A DNA stretch of 26,694 nucleotides from Gammaproteobacteria bacterium (GTDB lineage Bacteria; Pseudomonadota; Gammaproteobacteria; GCA-002705445; GCA-002716945): assembly GCA_038142325.1 (NCBI GenBank), contig JAYQJW010000005.1, positions 1 through 26,694 on the forward strand, written 5' to 3'. The notes under the pieces are model-generated. The model was not told the DNA's origin, made no database searches, and saw nothing but the letters and a program-made list of their open reading frames with translations. The position numbers were made by a program, and so were the translations under genes. Shown here piece by piece: positions 16,290 through 25,281 of the stretch. Position 1 is the stretch's first letter; every line of letters begins with the position of its first letter.

Positions 16290-17174
16290 ATGGAAAACAT
16301 TAAGGAATACATTTCTAAAAAGCGTCCCTCACTTTCTAAATCGTCCCTCACTACATACGGAAGTATTTTAAGAAACCTCTACAAGAGAGTTTATGAAGAT
16401 GATGATTATAATTTAGACAGATTTAATGTCCCTGCCCCTGTCCTTAAATATTTAGAAGGAATACCACCAAATAGAAGAAAGACCATTTTAAGTGCTTTGG
16501 TAATCATTACAGATAAAAAGGAATACCGAGATTTAATGCTAAAAGATGTAAGGGATTATAACGCCGACATTAATAAGCAAGAGAAGAATGAAAAACAAGA
16601 AGCAAGTTGGGTTGAGAAAGAAGCAGTCAATCAGGTTGTAGCAGAACTACGAAAGAATGCCGAAGCAATTATGAAGAAAGGACAGAAGACCATAAGTGAT
16701 TTACAAGAAATCCAAAATTACATTATTTTATGTGTTTTAGGTGGTGTATATATTTCACCCAGAAGATCCAAAGATTTTGTTGATTTTAAGATACGAAATA
16801 TTGATGTGAAGAAGGATAATTATATGGAGAAGAATAAGTTTATATTCAACTCTTATAAGACAGCAAAAACATACGGCAAACAAGTTGTAGATATACCAGT
16901 TCAATTGAAGAATATTGTAGCAAAGTGGATCAAGATTAACCCCACCGAGTATTTATTCTTTGATGCTAATATGAATAAGTTAAGTGCTGTGAAACTCAAC
17001 CAAAGGTTAAATAAAATCTTTAATGGTAAGAAGGTTGGTGTTAATCAACTGCGTCATACTTATCTTACTGATAAGTTCGCTGATACGATTAAGAAAGAGA
17101 AGGCAATAGCAGACACTATGGAAGATATGGGATCATCAAAAGAGATGTTAAAGACCTATGTAAAGAAAGAGTAG
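16290..17174 (+). CDS. Tyrosine recombinase (virophage/PLV OLV11-like type)
   Basis: PRRSKDF (Arg), YKTAKTYG (Lys), VNQLRH, MGSS...KTYVK (Tyr). Confidence 0.88.
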   Translation: MENIKEYISKKRPSLSKSSLTTYGSILRNLYKRVYEDDDYNLDRFNVPAPVLKYLEGIPPNRRKTILSALVIITDKKEYRDLMLKDVRDYNADINKQEKNEKQEASWVEKEAVNQVVAELRKNAEAIMKKGQKTISDLQEIQNYIILCVLGGVYISPRRSKDFVDFKIRNIDVKKDNYMEKNKFIFNSYKTAKTYGKQVVDIPVQLKNIVAKWIKINPTEYLFFDANMNKLSAVKLNQRLNKIFNGKKVGVNQLRHTYLTDKFADTIKKEKAIADTMEDMGSSKEMLKTYVKKE

Positions 17175-17308
17175 CAAAGTAGCAAACTTGTGCGGTAATT
17201 ACAAAGATTTTATAAATAATTTTTTAATAATTAATTATGATTATTAAAAAATGAAAAATGTTTTTAAGAAAATATCTAAAACACCGCCCCACTTTGCTAC
17301 TTTTCTAC
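17171..17308. repeat. Palindromic element copy B, inverted relative to copy A
   Basis: Arms 17171-17196 and 17283-17308 match at 22/26. 17171-17217 matches the reverse complement of 2711-2757 at 43/47. Confidence 0.9.
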
Positions 17309-17920
17309 CATTTTCATACCTACTGGTATTTTGGTAAGGTCTAATCTATTACCTTCTTCTTTCTCTACGATGGGTTCTAAATCAATATCTATGGCGTTCC
17401 TTTTCTTTGGATCACTACTACGGAAGAAGTGCTTTAATATGTATTCATTCTTCTTAAAATCAACACTTTCATTTAAATCATCAAACATATCCAAGAATGT
17501 AGATACATCTTGGTATAAATCCTTACTTCTATATTTACTACTATTTATGAAGTGTAATAAAGCACAACAAAACCAACCACAGGCATTATTCATAAGGGAT
17601 TGAATATCCTTTGTGGTTTCTGGAATATTCTTACCAATTGTTCTCTCAACTGCTTTCTTAACATCACTCGGTTTTCCAACCCCATAAGGATCAAAGTAAA
17701 TACCTTCTGTTTTACCATTTGGATACTTATTAATCTGTAAGCAGACCCAGTGTGTTCCACCATTCTTTTTACCATCTTCGTCATACTCGTCTTCTAAATT
17801 AATTATGTATGCTTTGTTAAACTCTAACTTGTTAGGCAGTTCATCTTTAAAGCAAATATCCGCTAATGGTATTTCCATTCTTTTACAAAGTTCCCTTAAT
17901 GCGACATCTGTTAAACTCAT
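17297..17920 (-). CDS. Adenain-like (clan CE) cysteine maturation protease
   Basis: YIINL, GTHWV (His), YFDPYG (Asp), IQSLMNNACGWFC (Gln, Cys). Confidence 0.93.
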   Translation of the reverse strand: MSLTDVALRELCKRMEIPLADICFKDELPNKLEFNKAYIINLEDEYDEDGKKNGGTHWVCLQINKYPNGKTEGIYFDPYGVGKPSDVKKAVERTIGKNIPETTKDIQSLMNNACGWFCCALLHFINSSKYRSKDLYQDVSTFLDMFDDLNESVDFKKNEYILKHFFRSSDPKKRNAIDIDLEPIVEKEEGNRLDLTKIPVGMKMVEK

Positions 17921-17967
17921 CTTATATATTATAAACAGAGAAAATTAATTTTATAATTAATTCTAAA

Positions 17968-19058
17968 TTATTTTTGCCCTGCTTTATGAATGTGTTGATA
18001 TTGTGGTGGAAGAGTTGCTCCAAATTGGAAATTAGCAGAATAGGGTTGAGATTGAAGAGCAGGTGGTAATACTCTTTGTCCCATTCCTCCAATTTGTCCT
18101 CCACTTGCCCTAAATCCTCGTCCAGCATATCCACAGCAACCTCTACCTTGACGACCAGCATATATTCCTTCACCACTTCCTCCAATCCATCTCATACTTC
18201 CTCTATTACCTAACATATTACTACTAAATTGGGATCTATCTGGTTGGTCTATGGTAGTAGGTCTATTCATCTGTGCTTGTCTTGCTTGGTCTGCTAATGC
18301 TTGTAAAGTCATATAATCCAACCCTGCTAAACCTTGTCGTCCCATATATCCATAGTTAGTTCCCATTAGTTCGTTCATTTGCCCTAAACTTCTTTCATAA
18401 AGTTCTTGTCCTTCTAATGAGTTAGGGAAACTTGCTCTTGCTGGGACATTTGTAGTTCCTACATTTGTAGTTTTCTTTCGTTTGGGTGCTAATGCGTCAT
18501 CACCTCTTTCTACTAATTTGTCTTTCTGTTTCTTTGCTTCTTTTCCTGCTAATTTTCCTAATGCCTTTCCTGCCTGTTGCCCTGCTATTCCTGCTAATGG
18601 GACTAATTCAGGTTGTCCTATCGCCATAGCACCAGCGGACAAAGCACCAGATAAAAGTTCAGGGGCATAATCAACACCCGTATCAATTAATTTGTCTGCT
18701 CCTTGACTGATGCTAATTTCAATCCTGCTCTTCCTGCTTCTTTTGCTATTGGTAGTGCTACTTTTCCAACTGCTTTTGCTCCTTTGGAAATTGCTTTACC
18801 TATATCGTCAAAAATACCCTCACCTTCCATTCCTCCTTGTGCTTGTTGATTTTGTAATATTTCCTCTGGTGATAGTGCTAATTCAACACCTTTACCTCTA
18901 CCAAATGAACGAGAAATAGAAGAATAGTGTGATGGATCAACTATCATACAATAACCCTTACCGCTCATTCTGGGTTTAATTCTAACTCTATGTCCGTTTC
19001 TCAACCTACTAATTTGTTTTGGTGAAGCACCAAACTTGATGACTTTGAACTCTTCCAT
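17968..19058 (-). CDS. Putative core/membrane-active protein; one gene split by a 1-nt frame break near 18710
   Basis: ORFs 18687..19058 and 17968..18642 join as ..LKLA(I)SQGADKLIDTGVDYAPELLSGALSAGA..; sites MSGKG and MEGEG; amphipathic helix. Confidence 0.7.
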
Positions 19059-19263
19059 ATTTATATAATAAGGTGAGATAATAATAATTCCTAAATGATT
19101 AAATAATGTATATTGAATACATTATCTAATAATTAATAAAAGATGGTTAAATGATCCCAGAAAAAGCACCATTTTTTAAATCTAACTTTCTTATATTTCT
19201 TTTTATTGATTTTTGGAATGAGTATATCTACTTCATATCTATTCATAATATTACACTATATAA

Positions 19264-21045
19264 TTAAGTTCTTACACCTGTAAGAGCATCAATATCAACA
19301 CTTACTCCGTATTCAATAAAGACGAAAAGGTCTAATTCCTTTTGTGATGTGTTTTGTCCTACAAGTTGAACCGATTTTGGGACACTTTCTTCAACAGGAA
19401 GCATTCTTGATAAATCAACATAGTAGAAAGAGTATTCCATATCAAAACCCAATCTATCAATAAGTCCGCTTGTTAGTCCGTCAGTCATACCACCATTAAC
19501 AGCATTAACGCCGTAAAATTGGTTGTTGAACTCTTCAAAGGCGTATCTTTGTGTGTTATAGATGGCGTTTTGTCCTGATACAACAACATTAAAGTTGGTA
19601 AGACCAGTAAGAGGTGAAACAGCACCACAACCAGCAGGGTCAAATGGCGACTGATATACAGGCATACCAGTAGGAAGACCAGCATTTACTACACCAGAAG
19701 AGAAGAATGGAAGAACAAGAATGGACTTAATATTAGCAATACCATTTGTAATAAGGTTATTAACTTGTCCTGATCCACCACCGACTTTAAGCACTTGGTA
19801 TTGGTAGATGTCTGTGTATTTTATGCTCTTAATTGGTGAAGATAGGTATGATTGCTCAAAGACAGGATTGAAGGTATATGAAGGAACATATAGGTAAATG
19901 GATTTACCAACACTACCATCATTAACAACACCACTAATAGCAGGGTCAAGACATTTAGCACCAACAGACAAGTTGGCGGTATAATTACAAGCACCAAGAG
20001 CAAGAGAAGAACCATTAAGAGTTTTACCAGAAGCAATCATAATAGGAACAACACCACCAACGGCATTAGAAGATCCAGTAAGGGTGATTGTCTTTTCAAT
20101 AGGAGGACCAACAATATCGGTTGTTGTGAAACTGGTAGAGCAGTTATTTAAGTTAAGGGTCATCTTCATATAAGCACCTTTAAGCAAAGGACACATAGCG
20201 AAGAATGAATGAAGGTGTTTAAGATAAATTGTTGCTTGGATAGAAATAGCGAAAACACCTTGATTACCAGCATTAGCACCATCGGTCTTTTGGGAAATGT
20301 ATGATTTCCAGATTTGGGAAGTGGTGGAAGCAGAAAGCAATTGAGAAAACTTGGCGTTGGCGGCGTTGGTAGTTCCACCAATAGAAGTTCCAGCAGTAGC
20401 GTCAGGGTCGTAGTTGATGTATCGTTGTCTTTTCAATAGACCTTCATTACCTTCGGTTTGTCTGTATCTGTTGAATATGGTAAGATTGGAATTGGAAATA
20501 AGGTTGGTGTTATTACATACACCACTTCCATTTTTGTCGGCAACCAAAGCACCAGCATTAGAACCTACAAAAGTCCAAGAAAGTGGATCATCAGGATAGA
20601 AACCGATTGTTGCTCCTTGTGTATCTACATCGTCCCAACTTAAAGAAGTCATAAGTTTAAAGGAGTTCCACATATTACACCAAGGCGTTTGTTGAATAAT
20701 GGTTGTTCCATTATAATCCAAAGTTAAGGAATGGACGATTTGACCGAACCAATTTTTAAGACCAATAGCATAGTCCGCACTTGTAGCGTCTGTATTAGGT
20801 GTAAATCCACCAGCAGTAGCAAGGTCAGTAGTAGCAAGAGAAAGCAACATAGGAACGCTTAAATATGCTTCTCGGTAGGACATCCATTTATTACTATTGG
20901 AAAGTTGGGAAGTATCTATAACCGACTGATTGGAGTTGTAATTGGCGTTTTGGTTATCCAAAATGTTTAACCAATCCTTCTTGACGAAAACGGAGGGTGA
21001 TCCCTCTACCTCTTGGGATAAGTCAAAAACGAGTTTATCACACAT
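19264..21045 (-). CDS. Major capsid protein (double jelly-roll, Polinton-related type)
   Basis: 593 aa, beta-rich; DNQNANYNSNQSVIDTSQLSNSNKWMSYREAYLSVP and YYVDLSR...FVFIEY; lies in the structural cluster with the penton. Confidence 0.88.
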   Translation of the reverse strand: MCDKLVFDLSQEVEGSPSVFVKKDWLNILDNQNANYNSNQSVIDTSQLSNSNKWMSYREAYLSVPMLLSLATTDLATAGGFTPNTDATSADYAIGLKNWFGQIVHSLTLDYNGTTIIQQTPWCNMWNSFKLMTSLSWDDVDTQGATIGFYPDDPLSWTFVGSNAGALVADKNGSGVCNNTNLISNSNLTIFNRYRQTEGNEGLLKRQRYINYDPDATAGTSIGGTTNAANAKFSQLLSASTTSQIWKSYISQKTDGANAGNQGVFAISIQATIYLKHLHSFFAMCPLLKGAYMKMTLNLNNCSTSFTTTDIVGPPIEKTITLTGSSNAVGGVVPIMIASGKTLNGSSLALGACNYTANLSVGAKCLDPAISGVVNDGSVGKSIYLYVPSYTFNPVFEQSYLSSPIKSIKYTDIYQYQVLKVGGGSGQVNNLITNGIANIKSILVLPFFSSGVVNAGLPTGMPVYQSPFDPAGCGAVSPLTGLTNFNVVVSGQNAIYNTQRYAFEEFNNQFYGVNAVNGGMTDGLTSGLIDRLGFDMEYSFYYVDLSRMLPVEESVPKSVQLVGQNTSQKELDLFVFIEYGVSVDIDALTGVRT

Positions 21046-21119
21046 TATATAATATAATAAGATAAAAAATATTATATAATCTCTAAATCAAAAAAAATAC
21101 TAAAAGTTTTTATATTCTC

Positions 21120-21422
21120 TTAAAGGGTGAAATTGATATTTTGGGGTTTTCTCTTCGTTGGTGGTTTTTGTATGGATAATCCAGATAATTTACTGGTTAT
21201 ACTTTTTCCTAAACCACTACCCTTGATTGATCCAGGATTTACACCAGTAGTTCTAATATAATCATCTACACCATCATAAGAAGAAGCACCACCCATTCCA
21301 CCATCTAAAAGAACAGCACCTATACCTTTCCCTTCCATTCTTCCCCTTGTATGTCTTGCTAAACCAAAATGCTTCATACCAGGAATATACGCTCTGTGAG
21401 TTGTGATAGTCCTACTAACCAT
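21120..21422 (-). CDS. Small basic Gly-rich putative core protein
   Basis: MEGKG, LDGG and IKGSG protease-type sites; basic C-terminus; late-type motif upstream. Confidence 0.75.
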   Translation of the reverse strand: MVSRTITTHRAYIPGMKHFGLARHTRGRMEGKGIGAVLLDGGMGGASSYDGVDDYIRTTGVNPGSIKGSGLGKSITSKLSGLSIQKPPTKRKPQNINFTL

Positions 21423-21451
21423 TATTATACTATATATAGAGATAATTAATA

Positions 21452-21667
21452 TTAATCATCTTTCTTTTTTTCTATACTTTTCTTTAAGTTTCTAAATCTC
21501 ATTATGCCGAGTGTTAGTTTATTCAATTCGGTTATTTGCTTGGTAGTATCTTTATCGTCTTCCTGTCCGTTTTTCAGGTCAGTCATAAGTTTCATTTGCT
21601 CTTGTTGGAGTTTGTTATACATATCCATAAGGTCTTGTTCCCTTAACTCGTTATTCATATTATACAT
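21452..21667 (-). CDS. Small coiled-coil hypothetical protein
   Basis: 71 aa helical ORF collinear with the capsid genes. Confidence 0.7.
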   Translation of the reverse strand: MYNMNNELREQDLMDMYNKLQQEQMKLMTDLKNGQEDDKDTTKQITELNKLTLGIMRFRNLKKSIEKKKDD

Positions 21668-21700
21668 TATAATTAGAAAAAAATAATTATAATATTAATA
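21666..21700. repeat. 35-bp exact repeat (second copy 25237-25271) with internal hairpin
   Basis: ATTATAATTAGAAAAAAATAATTATAATATTAATA at both sites, each just upstream of a minus-strand gene. Confidence 0.85.
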
Positions 21701-21714
21701 ATTCCTAAATATTT

Positions 21715-22602
21715 TTATTCACCTTTATCCTTAATCACTAAAAGAAAAGTAATTGCTGGATCATTAATCTGGATTGGTTGAAGGTTTGTTCCTAATATAG
21801 TAAGACGAAGTTGGTTATATGTTCCAGGCAGAAGTTTATTCCAAGCAAATTGAGGTGGTTTTTCATTAATTAATGCCCCAATAGCAACAGAAGGAACAAT
21901 AGAATAAATTACTGATGTTGGATTAGCATACTTATTATCAATACCAGAAAGAGATACTAAAATACTACTATTAGGTTGAATATCTGGTGCTGTTGTAGAA
22001 ATATAGGATAATGTGCCGTTTGCTAATTTACTTACATAATCATCATTAGCAGGAGGAACATAAGCGTTATTTGTATTGGCGTTTGTAGTAAAGTTAGGAA
22101 CAAAACCTAAAATAGTATTGATATTTGTGGGTAGAATAAATTGTGGGTTAAATGTTTGTGTTGGATAACCAACCCAGGAAGCAGGTTCAGTAAAACCAGC
22201 AGGTAAAGAAGTTGGGACTAAAAAGGTATTCAACTGAACGGCATACCTACTTGGATTGACTATCATTTCTAAATAATATACATTTTCACCAGCACTATTA
22301 ACTAAATAATGTCCGTTCTGTATTAGAGCAAATTGTAGATATTCGTTTAATCTTGCTACTTCATAAAGACCATCTGGAATATCTATTGTGTATGTGGTTG
22401 TGGTTGCTCCCACTGTCCAAGTATATTGGATAATATTGTTGTTATATCTTTCGCTAATATTAAACCAACTATAATACATAGAAACTTGTGATAGAGCAAC
22501 ATAACTATCCTTAAACTCAACAGAACCAGGAAAATTGTAAATCATTTTATTATTCTGTCCATCTGGAACAAGATTACTACGATTTAAGACAATTGTTCGC
22601 AT
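21715..22602 (-). CDS. Minor capsid (penton) protein, single jelly-roll
   Basis: VALSQVSMYYSWFNIS..YNNN, IDIPDGLYEV..LN, ILGF, and a terminal LRLTIL...INDP strand pattern typical of Polinton/PLV pentons. Confidence 0.88.
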   Translation of the reverse strand: MRTIVLNRSNLVPDGQNNKMIYNFPGSVEFKDSYVALSQVSMYYSWFNISERYNNNIIQYTWTVGATTTTYTIDIPDGLYEVARLNEYLQFALIQNGHYLVNSAGENVYYLEMIVNPSRYAVQLNTFLVPTSLPAGFTEPASWVGYPTQTFNPQFILPTNINTILGFVPNFTTNANTNNAYVPPANDDYVSKLANGTLSYISTTAPDIQPNSSILVSLSGIDNKYANPTSVIYSIVPSVAIGALINEKPPQFAWNKLLPGTYNQLRLTILGTNLQPIQINDPAITFLLVIKDKGE

Positions 22603-22655
22603 TTATATATTATAAATAGATATTATTTTTTTCCAATAAAACATTACTAAATACT

Positions 22656-22996
22656 TTACTTTCTCATAACTCTCCCTAATTTTTTATAGGGTCTAAAAGG
22701 CATCGCTATAAAATGTCCGTCCCTATGGAATACTTTATCACCCTTTTGGTAGTAAAATCCATATCGCCAGGGTGCGTTTTAGATGGTGAAAACTTCATAA
22801 ACTCACCTCTCATTCTTCTACCAATTTCTTCATTTTTTCTTGCTATAACTGGATCACCAGTAGGATTGTAGATTGCTCCACCAGTCATAATTGTATTAGG
22901 AACTTGACTACCTCCAAAATAGAATGGTGCTTGAATATCGCTCGTCTGTGGTCTTACACCAGGACTAACAACAACAGGAAAATATCCGCTATTCAT
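22656..22996 (-). CDS. Small putative structural protein; as sequenced ends at 22706, probably extends to 22656
   Basis: PFYFGGSQVP, MTGGA. One extra A near 22745 gives ..DFTTKKGDKVFHRDGHFIAMPFRPYKKLGRVMRK*. Confidence 0.65.
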
Positions 22997-23016
22997 TATA
23001 TATTATACATAGAAAA

Positions 23017-24700
23017 TTAAAAACCCATTTCTGTTAATTCTAAAAGTAATTCTTTTACTTGTGATTTTGGTATAACACCTTTATTACTCAATTTCATTAT
23101 TGTTGATTTAAACTTTCTTACTAAATCTTTATTATCATTACCAGACATAATTTGCCCCTTCATAATCTCAAACTCATCAATTTCCTTATCAATATCACTC
23201 TTTTTTGGTGCTGGTAAAATCAATCTGTCTTTAAGGTTGCTCTTCTCTGCTAATTTATTGAGATAGACCTTTTCACCATCATCTAAATCTTGTAAATCCT
23301 CAAAATCAGGCATTTCATTATTGGTAATTCCTCTTATGATGTGTCCCAATTTTCTTGAAACTCTCTCACTTGGAAAATCCTTAATTGATGATCCAGCAGG
23401 TCTTTTTACTGCTATTACATTATTTTCTAAACGATGCTTATTAATTATATACTTACCAAAAGGAACATATTTAGGTGTAGGTGCTACACCACCAAACCAA
23501 TCAATAGTAGGTTTTTTCTGGACTTTCTTTTGGACTTTTCTAACCAATCCCTTACCTTCTATTTTTCCTAATGCCTTTTCATCTGCTATATCACTAAACT
23601 CTTCTCTCCAATTTTGGTTCAACCAACCAATTAAATTATTTTTACTTCCTTGTTCTAATTGCTTACTTACCCTTAATCCATTATCTCTGGCGAACTTAAT
23701 TAGATCCGCTTTTGTGAATAATTTAAAATTACCAGGTAAAGGAACATCACCAGGATACTTTAATTGACTTCCACTTCGTCCAGGAACAAGTAATTCACCA
23801 CTTTCATCAGTAGGTAGTTGGACTAACACTTGTTCTAATTGTCCCACCAAGTTTTCGGTTTCTGGTTGAAGTTGAAATAAACTAATACCTTTTACCAGAT
23901 GGTCGTTCATTCCTCCCTTATCCTTTGCTCTCGCATACATAAAAGCACCATCTAACCATCTTTTCATAACTATTGATGTAGGTAATTCACCACCAATATC
24001 ATTTGCTAATTTCAATCCAGTATTTACAGCGTCGGCATCAATAAATCTACCTTGTGAAGTTAAATCCGCTACTGCTCCTCTAATAAGTGGATATAGTCCC
24101 ATTAATCTCATTACTGATTGTTGGAAACGACCACTAACACCTCGTTCTACACCTAACCCATTATAAGCGTCATAAGCACTCTTCATAAATGATTGTAATT
24201 CACTTACAGAAGGGAACGCTTTTACCATATCCCTACTATTGAGTTCTACATTTCGTCCTGATGTTTGTTGTAATCCTGTTTCAATTCCATTCACATTCGC
24301 CTGTGTATTCATATAATTCACCAAAAAGGGTTCAAAAATCTCCGCATAAATACCTAATCTATATTTTTGGTTTAAGTTCCTTGTTAATAGCATCGGCACT
24401 CTGGGCGTAGAATAGCATTTGTTTTGGTGTTAATTCTTGGACGATTTTGTTTGCTTCTTTTCCGTCCGTAATCTCGCTTAACTTTGACCTAACTTCTACT
24501 TTCAATCTCTCAATATCCGCTAATTTCTCTTCGGTTGTTCTAAAATCACTTGGTTCTACTGGTAGTTGTCCTGTTCGTTTATAGACCTTATTTGCCTGTA
24601 AATTAACATCATCTAACCTTGCTCGTAGATCCAAGTTTGCTAAATACTGCTGTCTAAACTTATCAGCGTCGCTGGGGTTTCTGTTCGGTTGTCCGCTCAT
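23017..24700 (-). CDS. Conserved Polinton/PLV-type protein; one gene split by a 1-nt frame break near 24365
   Basis: Overlapping ORFs 24359..24700 and 23017..24399 join as ..AINKELKPKYRLGIYAEIF..; IEGKG site; C-terminal KGQIMSGNDN motif. Confidence 0.72.
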
Positions 24701-24794
24701 ATCTATACTATTAGGAAAGAAAATAATAATATATTAATTTATGAAAATCGGTTTATAAATTAATAATTTGGTCTAAACTATTTTGTTTGTGAAA

Positions 24795-25229
24795 TTAGTT
24801 TTTAAATATTTCCTCATTCGTTTCTCTTATTTGTTTATTCAATTCCTCGCTTGTGAAGGTATTTCCTGCTACATCGTATATAACCATATCATCAGGCATT
24901 AGTGGTTGCCCTATTCTATTGCCTTCTACTCTGTATTTGGTATAGTCATCAGTTTCATTCAATACTTTTTCCAATACTATATCATTAAACTCTTCTTGGA
25001 TCTCTTGTTCGCTTTTTGTATGAAACCATTTCGTCATAACATCTAATACCTTCTTCTTGTCCCTTTTATTCATTTGTGAAGGGTTGGTTAGTGGGTGATG
25101 CCCTAAACTTTCTAATGCTATTATCTTACATTTCATCGCCTTTTCCTTCATATCCAGTAATTCCAATTCTTCTTGGGAAACCAATTTGGTAGTTTCCTCC
25201 CTTTTCAATTCTGGTTTTGCTAAACTCAT
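24795..25229 (-). CDS. Hypothetical protein
   Basis: 144 aa ORF with late-type upstream motif and a downstream hairpin (TATTAATTTAT..ATAAATTAATA). Confidence 0.75.
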   Translation of the reverse strand: MSLAKPELKREETTKLVSQEELELLDMKEKAMKCKIIALESLGHHPLTNPSQMNKRDKKKVLDVMTKWFHTKSEQEIQEEFNDIVLEKVLNETDDYTKYRVEGNRIGQPLMPDDMVIYDVAGNTFTSEELNKQIRETNEEIFKN

Positions 25230-25281
25230 TATATATATTATAATTAGAAAAAAATAATTATAATATTAATATTCTCTATTT

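Noticed and set aside
19264-21045. Classification as a canonical virophage (Lavidaviridae)
   Set aside because: MCP, ATPase and protease motifs look Polinton/PLV-like rather than Sputnik/Mavirus-like by eye. A phylogeny is needed to settle this.
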